Part shown: positions 19,444 to 30,124 of the stretch, one piece after another
Numbering within the stretch: the stretch's first letter is position 1
Layout: each line of letters begins with the position of its first letter
NCBI GenBank assembly: GCA_964602655.1
Contig: CAZRSF010000027.1
Span: 3,830-67,829, forward strand
Direction: 5' to 3'
DNA length: 64,000 nucleotides
Source: an uncultured Candidatus Moduliflexus sp.
GTDB taxonomy: Bacteria > Moduliflexota > Moduliflexia > Moduliflexales > Moduliflexaceae
The notes under the pieces: generated by a model
Databases searched by the model: none
What the model was told of the DNA's origin: nothing
The model's input: only the letters and a program-made list of their open reading frames with translations
Translations under genes and position numbers: made by a program

Positions 19444-19508
19444 CCTTTTCAGAAAAGATTCCATGTTGTAAGAGTCGGCTATCATCATCTATTTTCTGGA
19501 GGACATTT

Positions 19509-20783
19509 ATGGGCGCAAATACCACACAACAGATTGACGCAAGATATGCGTCGGCGAAAGAACAGTATGCAGCGTTGGGAGTGGATACCGACGCCGCGCT
19601 CGCCGCATTAAAAACCATTCCGGTGTCGCTGCATTGCTGGCAGGGGGATGATGTCGGCGGATTCGAACGCCCGGCGGCCACGCTGAGCGGCGGCGGCATT
19701 CAGGCCACCGGCAATTATCCTGGTAAAGCCCGCAGCGCCGACGAATTACGCGCTGACCTCGATTTAGCGCTGCGCCTGATTCCCGGAACGCATCGTCTGA
19801 ATCTCCATGCGATTTATGGCGATTTCGGCGGAAAATTCGTTGATCGCAATGCCATTCTGCCAGAACATTTCGCGCAGTGGATTGACTGGGCGAAAGCCAA
19901 AAGAATAGGTATAGATTTTAACCCGACCTATTTTTCACATCCGAACGCCGAAGACGGCCTGACCTTAAGCCATTCAGACCCGGCGATCCGCCAATTCTGG
20001 ATCGAACATGGCATCGCCTGCCGCAAAATCGGCGAAGCATTCGGCAAAGCGCTCGGCACGCCCTGTGTGATGAATATCTGGATTCCCGACGGCTCGAAAG
20101 ACATTCCGGTTGACCGCAAAGCGCCGCGCGAACGGCTGCTTGCCGCGCTCGACGCGATTCTTGCCGAAAAAATAGACCGCCGCTATCTGCTTGACGCTGT
20201 CGAATGCAAATTATTTGGTATCGGTTCGGAATCGTATGTGGTCGGGTCGCACGAATTTTACATGGGCTACGCCGTCAGCCGCCAACTGCTGCTCTGCCTC
20301 GACGCCGGACATTTTCATCCGACCGAAGTTATTTCCGACAAGCTCTCGTCCGTGCTGGCCTTTGTGCCGGAAGTGCTGCTGCATGTCAGCCGCGGCGTTC
20401 GCTGGGATAGTGATCATGTCGTGACGCTGACCGACGAATTACAGGCCATCGCGCAGGAAATCATTCGTGGCGGGTATCAGCGCCGCGTCCATATCGGCCT
20501 CGATTTCTTCGACGCCAGCATCAACCGCGTCGCCGCCTGGGTGATCGGCACGCGCAACATGATCAAAGCCCTGCTCCTTGCGCTGCTTGAGCCGATTCAG
20601 ACGTTGAGAAACAGCGAGCAGAACGGCGATTTCACCGCCCGCCTCGCCTGGCTGGAAGAAACGAAAACCCTGCCAGTCGGCGCGGTGTGGGATTATTACT
20701 GCCAGCAGCAGAACACGCCGGTCGGCGCGGCCTGGCTCGATAGTGTCAAAACATACGAACGCGACGTGTTGTCGAAACGATAA
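19509..20783 (+). CDS. rhaA: L-rhamnose isomerase
   Basis: 424 aa. [17 protein letters not shown] matches the conserved RhaA N-terminal region. Length typical of RhaA. Confidence 0.85.
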   Translation: MGANTTQQIDARYASAKEQYAALGVDTDAALAALKTIPVSLHCWQGDDVGGFERPAATLSGGGIQATGNYPGKARSADELRADLDLALRLIPGTHRLNLHAIYGDFGGKFVDRNAILPEHFAQWIDWAKAKRIGIDFNPTYFSHPNAEDGLTLSHSDPAIRQFWIEHGIACRKIGEAFGKALGTPCVMNIWIPDGSKDIPVDRKAPRERLLAALDAILAEKIDRRYLLDAVECKLFGIGSESYVVGSHEFYMGYAVSRQLLLCLDAGHFHPTEVISDKLSSVLAFVPEVLLHVSRGVRWDSDHVVTLTDELQAIAQEIIRGGYQRRVHIGLDFFDASINRVAAWVIGTRNMIKALLLALLEPIQTLRNSEQNGDFTARLAWLEETKTLPVGAVWDYYCQQQNTPVGAAWLDSVKTYERDVLSKR

Positions 20784-20794
20784 ACCAAATTTGG

Positions 20795-20872
20795 TAGGGG
20801 CGTTCAATTGAACGCCCCTACGCGGCAACATACTACGAGAACCCTGCCAGGGTTTCAAACCCTGGCAGGGTT
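20795..20872. repeat. Two tandem hairpins: GTAGGGGCGTTCAATTGAACGCCCCTAC, then family A AACCCTGCCAGGGTTTCAAACCCTGGCAGGGTT
   Basis: Perfect palindromes directly downstream of the rhaA stop. Confidence 0.75.
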
Positions 20873-20946
20873 GAGTTCAACAACATTTCAATGCGAATCA
20901 TGCGAAATTCCCTATATTTCGTATGGCGCGTGGTTGATAAAATATT

Positions 20947-21705
20947 ATGCAAGACCACTTACGATCAGTTGTTTCGATGTCCAATCTTCTCGGCTCCGAC
21001 GCCTACGACTGCGCGATTCTCGGAGAAGGGAACACATCGGTCAAAGTTGACCATGACACGTTTTTCGTGAAAGCGTCAGGCACGCAGCTTGGCACGATTG
21101 ACGCGAACGGGTTCGTGAAAGTCCGCTTTTCAACGATTTTCGAGGCGTTATCGCGCAAAATGTTGTCGGATGCCGAAGTCAAAGACGTGCTGCTGAACGC
21201 GACCCTTGACAATCCGAATAAAAAAATGCCGTCGGTCGAAACGTTTCTCCATGCCATTCTGCTGTCATTAGACGGCATCAATTACGCCGGACACACCCAC
21301 CCCACCGCGATCAACAGCATTCTCTGCTCGAAAAAAGCGGAAGAGGCGTATAGCGGCAATCTGTTTCCGGATCAAATCGTCGTGCTCGGCACGGCGCCGC
21401 TGTTCATTCCGTACACCGATCCCGGCCTTGTGCTGGCCAAACTGCTGCAAGAGAAATTAACGGCCTACATCGCGCAATATGGCCGGACGCCGAAAGCGAT
21501 TTACATGCAGAATCACGGCTTCATCGCGATTGGCGCGAGCGATAAAGATGTGTTGAATATTACGCAGATGGCCGTCAAAACCGCCCGAATTCTGATCGGC
21601 GCGTACACGCTCGGCGGCCCGAACTTCTTCTCCTCCGACAACACGCAGCGCATCGAAACCCGCCCCGACGAACATTATCGCCGCCAACAACTTGCCGATA
21701 AATAA
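20947..21705 (+). CDS. Class II aldolase/adducin-family protein (rhamnulose-1-phosphate aldolase-like)
   Basis: Aldolase_II fold motifs (GEGNTSVKV, HTHPTAI). Follows rhaA. Alternative start at 20977 (MSNLLGS). Confidence 0.75.
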   Translation: MQDHLRSVVSMSNLLGSDAYDCAILGEGNTSVKVDHDTFFVKASGTQLGTIDANGFVKVRFSTIFEALSRKMLSDAEVKDVLLNATLDNPNKKMPSVETFLHAILLSLDGINYAGHTHPTAINSILCSKKAEEAYSGNLFPDQIVVLGTAPLFIPYTDPGLVLAKLLQEKLTAYIAQYGRTPKAIYMQNHGFIAIGASDKDVLNITQMAVKTARILIGAYTLGGPNFFSSDNTQRIETRPDEHYRRQQLADK

Positions 21706-21712
21706 GCCGTTG

Positions 21713-21756
21713 ACACCTCACAGGTTTTAAAAACCTGTGAGGTGTTTTAATTTTTG
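21713..21756 (+). terminator. Palindromic element (family A variant) acting as a terminator after the aldolase gene
   Basis: ACACCTCACAGGTTTTAAAAACCTGTGAGGTGT followed by TTTAATTTTTG. Confidence 0.55.
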
Positions 21757-21832
21757 ACAGCGCATGTCTAAAAAGTAGATCGTTCGCCTCTTTGTTGATA
21801 CCGCGTTCAATCAACCATAGCAGGAGGAAAAT

Positions 21833-22759
21833 ATGCGCGACGTTCGATTTCGTGGAATCATTTCATGGCTGTTCGAAGGCGTTTTTGTGTTGTTGTTGTT
21901 CATTCTTCTGATCGGCGGGCTGTTTGTGTTGAATGGGCGTGTGCTGGCGCATCGCGAGACGCCAGTCAGCGGATGCGCCGGGAAACCGGCGGCGGCGAAC
22001 GCTCCTGACAATGTGACTGAAATCAAATTGTTTGCGCTGAACATGGCGAAAGGCTTTGTGCAACGCGGCAATTTTTCGTTTCAGAAGCCGGAAGTCGTGC
22101 AAGAACGGATGCTGCAAATTGCCGAATTGATCCGGCAAGAACAGCCTGACATTGCGTTTCTGTCTGAAGCGATCTTCGAGTGCGCCCCCTGCCCGGTGAA
22201 TCAGGTGACGACCATCGCGGAACAGACGGACTTGTCCTACTGGCTCTTTGGCGAAAATTACAACGTTGGCCTGCCGTTTTATCGGTTAAGCGGCGGCAAT
22301 GCGATTCTCTCGCGCTGGCCGCTGACGCCGGTCGCCAATATTTCGCTGGCGGGGCGCAAGCCGTTTTATGTGACGAAAAACAATCGGCGAATGCTTTTCG
22401 GCCAGATACGGTTGAATCAGCAGGATATTTTGCTTGGCGCAGTGCATAACGATTCCTATTCGCTGCGTAACAATCTTGCGCAAACACAGCAGATTCTTGA
22501 ATTTCTTCACAAACGATCTGCATTTCTCGGCGGCGATTTTAATGCGCAGCCGCACGAACCGCCGATGCAATTCCTCGCCGCAAGCGGCCAGTTCAGTGGC
22601 GCGTTCGAAGGCGCGCTCACCTTTCCGGCAAAAAATCCGCAACAAAAAATTGACTTTCTTCTCGCGCCGTCAGATTGGGAATGTATCGAATATCGAACGA
22701 TTCCATCGTCCGTATCGGATCATTTGCCGATCATTTCCGTCTTTCGGAAAAAAACCTGA
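21833..22759 (+). CDS. Endonuclease/exonuclease/phosphatase (EEP) family protein with an N-terminal TM anchor
   Basis: DIAFLSEA, GGDFNAQPHEP and SDHLPIISVF motifs of the EEP fold. Hydrophobic N-terminus. Confidence 0.75.
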   Translation: MRDVRFRGIISWLFEGVFVLLLFILLIGGLFVLNGRVLAHRETPVSGCAGKPAAANAPDNVTEIKLFALNMAKGFVQRGNFSFQKPEVVQERMLQIAELIRQEQPDIAFLSEAIFECAPCPVNQVTTIAEQTDLSYWLFGENYNVGLPFYRLSGGNAILSRWPLTPVANISLAGRKPFYVTKNNRRMLFGQIRLNQQDILLGAVHNDSYSLRNNLAQTQQILEFLHKRSAFLGGDFNAQPHEPPMQFLAASGQFSGAFEGALTFPAKNPQQKIDFLLAPSDWECIEYRTIPSSVSDHLPIISVFRKKT

Positions 22760-22760
22760 A

Positions 22761-22820
22761 GGAGTGCCAAAGCTTGCTTTGGCGATTCGATTGGCAGGCC
22801 AAAGCAAGCTTTGGCACTCC
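22761..22820. repeat. Family B palindrome GGAGTGCCAAAGCTTGCTTTGGC-loop-GCCAAAGCAAGCTTTGGCACTCC
   Basis: 23-bp perfect inverted repeat starting 2 nt after the EEP gene stop and upstream of glgX. Confidence 0.75.
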
Positions 22821-22848
22821 TGAATGCGTATTCAAGGCGACGATTGTC

Positions 22849-25023
22849 ATGAAAACGACTCCTCGCTGGCCGGGCAAGCCGTTTCCGCTCGGCGCAACCT
22901 TCGATGGCGGCGGCGTGAATTTCGCGCTCTTTTCCGAACATGCGTCCGGCGTCGAACTCTGCCTGTTCGACGAGGATTCCGGCAGCGCCGAACTTGCCCG
23001 CATTCCGCTGACCGAGCGCACGAATCATGTCTGGCATGGCTACATTCCGCGCCTGCGGCCTGGACAGCGTTACGGCTACCGCGTTTATGGCGCATACAGC
23101 CCGGAGATGGGGCATCGCTTCAATCCGGCGAAACTGCTGCTTGATCCGTATGCCAAAGCGATTGCCGGTCACATCAAGTGGCATGACGCCGTCTTCGGCT
23201 ACACCATCGGCGCTCCCGACGGCGACCTGACGCAAGACGACCGCGACAGCGCGGCCTACATGCCGAAAGCGGTGGTGGTGGACGGCTGGTTCGACTGGGG
23301 CAGCGACTGCCCGCCGAAGGTTCCGTTTCACCATACGATTATTTATGAACTGCACGTCAAAGGTCAGACCATCCGCCATCCTTCCATTCCGGCGCATCTG
23401 CGCGGCACGTATGCCGGGCTGTGTCATCCGGCGATTGTCCGCTACCTCAAATCGTTAGGTATTACCGCCGTCGAATTGATGCCGGTGCAGAGCTTTGTGT
23501 CCGACCGCCTTCTTGAAGAACGCGGCCTGCGTAATTACTGGGGCTACAACTCTATCGGGTTTTTCGCGCCGGATTCCCGCTATGCCAGCGCAAAAGAGCC
23601 GGAAAAGCAGGTTGTGGAATTCAAGCGAATGGTCAAAACGCTGCACCGCGCCGGAATCGAAGTGATTCTCGATGTCGTCTATAATCACACCGCCGAAGGG
23701 AATCATTGCGGCCCCACGCTCAGCTTTCGCGGCATAGACAACGCCGCGTACTACCGCCTTGTCCACGACCAGCGCCGCTATTACATGGATTACACCGGCA
23801 CGGGCAACACGCTGAACATGATGTCCCCTGCCGTGCTGCGCCTGATTATGGACAGTCTGCGCTACTGGATTCAAGAGATGCATGTGGACGGCTTCCGGTT
23901 CGACCTCGCGTCGGCATTAGCGCGGGAACTTCATGCGGTTGACCGGCTTGGCGCGTTTTTCGACATTATTCATCAAGACCCGGTCATTTCGCAGGTGAAG
24001 CTGATCGCCGAACCCTGGGACATCGGCGATGGCGGCTATCAGGTCGGCAATTTCCCGCCGGGCTGGGCGGAATGGAACGGCAAATATCGCGATGCCGCGC
24101 GAGACTACTGGCGCGGCGCGGAACAGATGCTCTCCGATTTTGCATATCGGTTTACCGGCAGTTCGGACTTATATCAAAACGACGGACGCCACCCCACCGC
24201 CAGCATCAATTTTATTACCGCGCACGACGGCTTTACGCTCCGCGATCTTGTCTCGTATCATGATAAACGGAACGAAGCGAACGGCGAAGGCAATCGCGAC
24301 GGGGAAAGCCATAATCGCTCCTGGAATTGCGGCGCAGAAGGCGACACTGACGATCCGCGTGTGTGTGCGCTTCGCGCTAAACAGCAGCGGAATTTTTTCA
24401 CAACGTTATTGTTGTCGCAAGGCGTGCCGATGCTGCTGGCAGGCGATGAAATAGGACGGACGCAGCGCGGCAACAATAACGCTTATTGTCAAGATAGCGA
24501 ACTGTCGTGGATAGATTGGGGCGCAATGGATGAAGCATTGCTGGAATGGGTACGCTTTCTGATTCGTTTTCGCAAAGATCATTCGACGTTTCGACGCAAT
24601 GGCTGGTTTCAGGGGCAGCCGATTCATGGCGGCGATGTGAGCGACATTGGCTGGTTTACGCGCTACGGCAGCGAGATGCAGGAGGCCGACTGGCGGCGCG
24701 GGGTGGTCGGCTCGCTCGGCGTCTTTTTAAATGGGCGCGGCATTCGCCATTCCGACGAAAAAGGGCGAATGGTCAAGGATCAGAGCTTTTACCTCATTTT
24801 TAATTCACATGATGAATCTATGATTTTCATTCTGCCGGACGAACGCTGGGGACGGCGCTGGCAGGTCGTCTTCGATACGCATCAGGCTGCGCCGCGCTTA
24901 TCGCGGAAACGCCTGCACGCCGGACACGCGCTGATCGTCGAAGCGCGTTCCGTCACGCTGCTGCGGCAGATCGAGCCGAACAATTGGGGTGTCAAAGCCC
25001 TGCGTTGGCTGCGAAAGCAGTAG
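22849..25023 (+). CDS. glgX: Glycogen debranching enzyme GlgX (isoamylase-type GH13)
   Basis: The ORF 22675..25023 is trimmed to MKTTPRWPGKPFPLGATFDGGGVNF. GH13 catalytic regions VILDVVYNHT, GFRFDLAS and EPWD are present. Confidence 0.9.
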   Translation: MKTTPRWPGKPFPLGATFDGGGVNFALFSEHASGVELCLFDEDSGSAELARIPLTERTNHVWHGYIPRLRPGQRYGYRVYGAYSPEMGHRFNPAKLLLDPYAKAIAGHIKWHDAVFGYTIGAPDGDLTQDDRDSAAYMPKAVVVDGWFDWGSDCPPKVPFHHTIIYELHVKGQTIRHPSIPAHLRGTYAGLCHPAIVRYLKSLGITAVELMPVQSFVSDRLLEERGLRNYWGYNSIGFFAPDSRYASAKEPEKQVVEFKRMVKTLHRAGIEVILDVVYNHTAEGNHCGPTLSFRGIDNAAYYRLVHDQRRYYMDYTGTGNTLNMMSPAVLRLIMDSLRYWIQEMHVDGFRFDLASALARELHAVDRLGAFFDIIHQDPVISQVKLIAEPWDIGDGGYQVGNFPPGWAEWNGKYRDAARDYWRGAEQMLSDFAYRFTGSSDLYQNDGRHPTASINFITAHDGFTLRDLVSYHDKRNEANGEGNRDGESHNRSWNCGAEGDTDDPRVCALRAKQQRNFFTTLLLSQGVPMLLAGDEIGRTQRGNNNAYCQDSELSWIDWGAMDEALLEWVRFLIRFRKDHSTFRRNGWFQGQPIHGGDVSDIGWFTRYGSEMQEADWRRGVVGSLGVFLNGRGIRHSDEKGRMVKDQSFYLIFNSHDESMIFILPDERWGRRWQVVFDTHQAAPRLSRKRLHAGHALIVEARSVTLLRQIEPNNWGVKALRWLRKQ

Positions 25024-25109
25024 CGTTTTGTTACATAGAGTTGTCAGGCACATTGAAGACGTCTGACAACTACCTGTCAAATCAACACATTCAGGAAAGG
25101 AGACACACG

Positions 25110-25967
25110 ATGGACTCAAAAGTTCTAGAATTGCAAGGCCAGTATGCACAGGGGAAACTCAGCCGCCGCGAATTTTTAGAAAAATCCAGCCTGCTTCTCG
25201 GCAGCGTCGCGGCCTTATCGCTCGTTTCCGCCATAGACGCTGCGCCTGCGAGCGCTGAAGTCGTTCCGGCGGACGATGCGCGATTGCAGATTGAACGCAT
25301 CACGTATCCCGGCGAGACTGGCGAGATTCGCGCCACGTTAGCGCGTCCGAAAGGGGATGCGAAATTGCCCGGCCTGATTATCATTCATGAGAATCGCGGC
25401 CTGAACCCTCACATCGAAGATGTCGGCAGACGTTTCGCGGTAGAAGGGTTTTTGACGATTGCGCCGGATGCCCTCTCACCGCTTGGCGGCACGCCAAAAG
25501 ACCAGGATGAAGCGCGAGAGATGATCGGAAAACTTGACGCGCCCGCAACTGTCAAAAATTACGTGGCGGCGGTAGAGTATTTGAAGACGCATCCGCTTTC
25601 GACCGGCAAAGTCGGCTGCATGGGCTTCTGCTGGGGCGGCGGCATGACGAATCAGGTGGCGGTTAATGTCGCCGATCTTGACGCTGCCGTGCCGTTTTAC
25701 GGAATGCAGCCCGCCGTTGAAGATGTCCCGAAGATCAAAGCCCCGTTGCTGCTGCATTACGCTGGTAACGACGAGCGCATCAACGCCGGCATCGCGGCCT
25801 ATGAAGAGGCATTGAAAAAAGCGTCCATTCAGTACACGCTCTATATGTACGAAGGCGCGCAGCACGCATTTTTCAACGACACGAACGCCGAGCGGTATAA
25901 TAAGGAGGCCGCTCAATTAGCCTGGGAAAGGACGCTGGCATTTTTGAACGAAAAACTGAAAATGTGA
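25110..25967 (+). CDS. Dienelactone hydrolase family protein with a twin-arginine signal
   Basis: SRREFLEKSS Tat motif. DLH-fold motifs (IIIHENRGLN, CMGFCWGG nucleophile). AGGAAAGGAGA RBS. Confidence 0.8.
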   Translation: MDSKVLELQGQYAQGKLSRREFLEKSSLLLGSVAALSLVSAIDAAPASAEVVPADDARLQIERITYPGETGEIRATLARPKGDAKLPGLIIIHENRGLNPHIEDVGRRFAVEGFLTIAPDALSPLGGTPKDQDEAREMIGKLDAPATVKNYVAAVEYLKTHPLSTGKVGCMGFCWGGGMTNQVAVNVADLDAAVPFYGMQPAVEDVPKIKAPLLLHYAGNDERINAGIAAYEEALKKASIQYTLYMYEGAQHAFFNDTNAERYNKEAAQLAWERTLAFLNEKLKM

Positions 25968-25974
25968 GCGCCAA

Positions 25975-26012
25975 GCTGTCAGACACTTTCAAAGTGTCTG
26001 ACAGCTTATTTT
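25975..26012. terminator. Bidirectional hairpin terminator (family A variant) between convergent genes
   Basis: GCTGTCAGACACTTTCAAAGTGTCTGACAGC followed by TTATTTTTTG. It abuts the stop codons of both the DLH gene (+) and the radical SAM gene (-). Confidence 0.6.
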
Positions 26013-27265
26013 TTGCCTAAGCAGCACTTCTTATATTTCAAGCCGCTGCCGCACGGACACGGATCGTTTCTCCCTGCTTTAAGAGTGTTTCCCACAACCG
26101 ATTTTCGGGCGATTGACGGTTGTGGCTGCGTTTGCCGCCGCCATTCCGCCGCGACCGCCTGCACGAAGGGCTGGCAATGATTGAAAAATCGCCGATAGCC
26201 TGCGCACAAATAATTCAAGCCCGGTTCACCATCTGGCGTCCGAATGAAGCGATTCTTCGGACATTCGCCATGACACATCGCCTTGACCTCGCAGCGCTGG
26301 CAGTAACGCGGTAAAACCGATTTCGCCTTCCCGAAAGTGATTTGCGCCTGGCTCTCGAGCATGTCAATCAACGGTGTCGTTTTGATGTTGCCAAGCAGAT
26401 ATTCTTGATTCACGTAATGGTCGCAGGAATACAGGTCGCCATTGCGCTCGATAACGGGAATATCGCCGCATGTCGGGCGGAAAATGCAGAGCGAATGCTC
26501 CTGCCCGAACGCGGTGCGAGCGGCTTCCTCGAAAATCTGCACTTTGATCTTGCCAATATCGTTCGCCTGCCACTCATCGAAAATCCCGCAGAGAAACTCG
26601 CCGAATGCGTCTGCCGAAACACTGAGGGGACTGACGCCATCTTCTTCGTCTCGTTCTACAAGCGGCAAAAAGGTGAGATATGAGGCGTTGATTTCCTTGA
26701 AAAAACGATAGACTTCGATAGGATACTTGACATTCTGCGCATTCACCACGCAGAGAATATCGCAGGCGACGCCATGTTTTCGCAACAGGCGATAGCCCCG
26801 CAGCGCCTGGGCGTGTGTCGGCTGCTGCTGTTTCGTGACGCGGTGCGCGTCATGCAGTTCCGGCATTCCGTCAAGGCTCACCCCGACAACAAAACCTTCC
26901 GCCGCCAAAAAACGACACCATTCGTCATCCAACAATGTGCCGTTCGTCTGCATCCCGTTCAGAATGCGCCGGTTACGCGGCTGATGCTTACGCTGAATCG
27001 CCACGATTTCGCGGAAATAGTCTAACCCCGCTAATGTCGGTTCGCCGCCATGCCAGGAAAAGCGAATCTCCACGCCGGGAAACGCCTCGATATGTTGAAC
27101 GATATACGCTTCCAGAAGATCGGCGGGCATTCGCGCCGGATCGTCCTGCGCGTAGCGGCGTTCCGTCTTCAGGTAATAACAATAACGGCAATCTAAATTA
27201 CACGCCGCGCCAATCGGTTTGGCAAACACTTGGAATTCGCGAGAGGCTTTGACTATCATACTCAC
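26006..27265 (-). CDS. Radical SAM/SPASM-domain enzyme (anaerobic sulfatase-maturating enzyme-like) with a C-terminal SEC-C motif
   Basis: CNLDCRYCY CxxxCxxC cluster. Multiple C-terminal Cys of a SPASM domain (CGDIP...[15 protein letters not shown]). Terminal [18 protein letters not shown]-like zinc hook. Confidence 0.85.
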   Translation of the reverse strand: MSMIVKASREFQVFAKPIGAACNLDCRYCYYLKTERRYAQDDPARMPADLLEAYIVQHIEAFPGVEIRFSWHGGEPTLAGLDYFREIVAIQRKHQPRNRRILNGMQTNGTLLDDEWCRFLAAEGFVVGVSLDGMPELHDAHRVTKQQQPTHAQALRGYRLLRKHGVACDILCVVNAQNVKYPIEVYRFFKEINASYLTFLPLVERDEEDGVSPLSVSADAFGEFLCGIFDEWQANDIGKIKVQIFEEAARTAFGQEHSLCIFRPTCGDIPVIERNGDLYSCDHYVNQEYLLGNIKTTPLIDMLESQAQITFGKAKSVLPRYCQRCEVKAMCHGECPKNRFIRTPDGEPGLNYLCAGYRRFFNHCQPFVQAVAAEWRRQTQPQPSIARKSVVGNTLKAGRNDPCPCGSGLKYKKCCLGKK

Positions 27266-27981
27266 TCAGCATGGTGTGTCAAAATCATCAGCAATCGTGA
27301 CCATACCCTTTGCGCTCCGAACTGACGGCAAGGGCGCATACACTGTTGCTGCATTGGCTTGGTTTTGAGGAAACGGAGAAAATCCCACACATCCATCAGC
27401 GTATCGAATGAAACCTGCTGAAGGTCTTGCATAATCTGCTGCTGTAATTAGTTGCTCTGGAAGCTTGCCATTTTTTAATGTCTTGTTTTATCAATTTTCG
27501 AGTTTTTTCTCTTCCACCAAAATATTTCTTAAGAGTATATCCCTAAATAGTGATTGACAACAATCGCTGAATACACAAACGATCCATGCCATGAAACGAA
27601 CACAGATAACAGGGACGTTCATCGAGACCGATGAGGGGAGTGGAGATGTCGGTGTGCAATTGGTGACGTTCTGTTTCAGTCAGTGTGACACGATATTTTT
27701 TCATTGACATAGTGAGTTCTTCCTGATGGTTATGATGTTCGCCATCAGGATAACGCATGGGGATTTTTGTCTATTAAAAACTTACCGAGTAGGCTGCGGC
27801 AACAAAACTTTTATATCCCGAACTCTTGAAATAATGGAACACTGATTGGGCTGATGAGACTGATTTTCACTGATTTTGTAAGTTTTTTCAGAAGTATGCC
27901 CCGCGCAAAATGTTTTTCCATCAAAAAAATCAGTGCAGTTCAGTCTTATCAGCCCAACCAGTGTTCTATTAACTCATTGCA

Positions 27982-29247
27982 ATGAAACATATTCAAGGCT
28001 TGAAATGCGTCAAATGCGGGCGCGAATACGCCCTCGGCGACGTGATGTATGTCTGCCGTGATTGCGGACTTGAAGGCACGTTGGATGTCGTCTATGACAT
28101 GAATCTTGTGGCCGTGCGGCTGTTGCGTCATCTTCAGACCTCAACGGCTGTCCGCGAACCGCTGTCGATCCGGCGCTACGTCGATCTCCTGCCGATTCAG
28201 GATGAACGGTTGCTCCCGCCGTTGCGCATTGGCGGGACGCCGTTGTACGACTGCCATGATTTTGCCCGAAAAGGTTGTCATGAATTACGCGCCGCCTGCC
28301 CGCAGCGGCTCTTTATCAAAGATGATGGCCGTAATCCGACCGCTTCGCTGAAAGACCGCGCCAGCGCGTTAGCGATTGTGAAGGCCAGAGAACTCGGCAA
28401 AACGATCATCACCTGCGCGTCAACAGGTAACGCCGCCTCGTCATTAGCGGGATTAGCCGCGTCGGTCGGCATTTCGACCGTGATCTTCGTCCCGGAAACC
28501 GCGCCGAAAGCGAAAGTCGCGCAATTGCTGATGTATGGGGCGCGCGTGTTGATGGTGAAAGGCTCCTACGATCAGGCGTATGACCTCTGCCTGCAAGCAT
28601 CGGCAGAATGGGGCTGGTACAATCGTAACAGCGGGTATAATCCGTATCTCGGCGAAGGCAAGAAGACGGCGGCGTTGGAAATCTGCGAGCAGCTTGGCTG
28701 GAAAGCGCCGGACAAAGTCTTCGTGGCGGTCGGCGATGGCTGTATTTTCGGCGGCATGTGGAAAGGCTTCTGCGATCTATACGATTTGGGCTTGATTGAC
28801 AAACGCCCGCAGATGATCGGCATACAGGCCGAGGGCGCGAGTCCTTTGGCTGCCGCCTTTAAGAGCGGAATGCCGGTGCAGCCGCAGCGTCAGCTTCATA
28901 CGATTGCCGACAGTATTTCCGTCGGACAGCCGCGCGACGCCCTGAAAGCGCTTCGCGCCGCCCGCGATTCACAGGGCGCGTTGATGACGGTCACAGACGA
29001 CGAGATTTTGGACGCCATGCGTCTGTTGGCGCGAAATACCGGTGTCTTTGCCGAACCCGCAGGCGCAACCGCCTTTGCCGGATTGCAGCGCATGGTCAGC
29101 GACGGCGCAATTGGCGAGGACGAAACCATCGTTGTCATGGTGACGGGCAACGGCCTGAAAGATATTGACACCGCAATCCGCGCCGCTGGCAGCCCAACCA
29201 TCATCGAGCCAGATTTCCGCGACGTGAAACGCGCGTTACAGGAGTAA
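27982..29247 (+). CDS. thrC: Threonine synthase with an N-terminal zinc ribbon
   Basis: PLP-fold motifs (KDDGRNPTASLKDRAS lysine region). N-terminal CxxC...CxxC. 421 aa. Confidence 0.85.
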   Translation: MKHIQGLKCVKCGREYALGDVMYVCRDCGLEGTLDVVYDMNLVAVRLLRHLQTSTAVREPLSIRRYVDLLPIQDERLLPPLRIGGTPLYDCHDFARKGCHELRAACPQRLFIKDDGRNPTASLKDRASALAIVKARELGKTIITCASTGNAASSLAGLAASVGISTVIFVPETAPKAKVAQLLMYGARVLMVKGSYDQAYDLCLQASAEWGWYNRNSGYNPYLGEGKKTAALEICEQLGWKAPDKVFVAVGDGCIFGGMWKGFCDLYDLGLIDKRPQMIGIQAEGASPLAAAFKSGMPVQPQRQLHTIADSISVGQPRDALKALRAARDSQGALMTVTDDEILDAMRLLARNTGVFAEPAGATAFAGLQRMVSDGAIGEDETIVVMVTGNGLKDIDTAIRAAGSPTIIEPDFRDVKRALQE

Positions 29248-29252
29248 ACTCA

Positions 29253-29283
29253 AACCTCACAGGTTTTCGAAACCTGTGAGGTT
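29253..29283. repeat. Family A variant AACCTCACAGGTTTTCGAAACCTGTGAGGTT
   Basis: Perfect palindrome right after the thrC stop. Confidence 0.75.
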
Positions 29284-29303
29284 TCGCGCCGTCATTTCAA
29301 TCG

Positions 29304-30077
29304 TTACGCTCTTACGATAAACAGCAGCGGATGATAGGTCAGCGGCACGCGTTCGAATGCGCCGAAGCGTTCGCGGTAGGCGCGCTCGAAATGGGCGAGG
29401 TCGGATTTCGTCCATTGTTTTTGCGAAGAGACGCCATTCACGCCGGTCAGCCGCAAGTGGCGCAGCACATCCATCGGCGACGCAAAATGCAGCGGCGCGA
29501 ACTCTTCCGACGACATGATCACCTCAAAATGCGTCCGCACTGACGCGAGCACATCCCCATAGGAACGATACGGCAGCGAATTGCCCGTCAATTCGCGGAT
29601 TTCGCGGCAATTTTCCGGGCCGAACGTCGAAAACGCCAACAATCCGCCCGGTTTCAGACGCTCTTTCAGGCGCGCCACAAATCCGTCGAAATCGTGCAGC
29701 CATTGAAATGTCGCATTCGATAAGACCAAATCGAGATCGCCCGGCAAATCGGCGATGGCTTCGATGTCGCCGCGCAAAAACGTAAACGTTCCATGCGGAT
29801 ATTGCCGGAAAATATCGTCAATGACGATCTGGCATTCCCCCACCAAATCATTCGCGTACAACGTGGCGACCGGAAAACTTTTCAGCAGCCGTTCCGTCGA
29901 AAGACCGCTGCCGCATCCGATTTCCAGCGCGCGCGAGAAGCCGGCGGGATGAATGCGCCGCAGCGATTCCAGCAATTCTTCCGCCATGCGGGCTTGCACT
30001 TCCGCGTGTTGATTGTATGAGAACATGCTTTTGAAAAAACTGTGCTGCACCCGTGATTTGTCAGCATAGTGCGTCAT
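29304..30077 (-). CDS. bioC: Malonyl-ACP O-methyltransferase
   Basis: SAM-MTase motif LEIGCGSGLST. About 257 aa. Sits in a block with bioG, bioF and bioB. Confidence 0.8.
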   Translation of the reverse strand: MTHYADKSRVQHSFFKSMFSYNQHAEVQARMAEELLESLRRIHPAGFSRALEIGCGSGLSTERLLKSFPVATLYANDLVGECQIVIDDIFRQYPHGTFTFLRGDIEAIADLPGDLDLVLSNATFQWLHDFDGFVARLKERLKPGGLLAFSTFGPENCREIRELTGNSLPYRSYGDVLASVRTHFEVIMSSEEFAPLHFASPMDVLRHLRLTGVNGVSSQKQWTKSDLAHFERAYRERFGAFERVPLTYHPLLFIVRA

Positions 30078-30124
30078 GATACGTCAGGCATCGCGCCGTG
30101 ATAGGACTGATGTTCACGAAGTCA

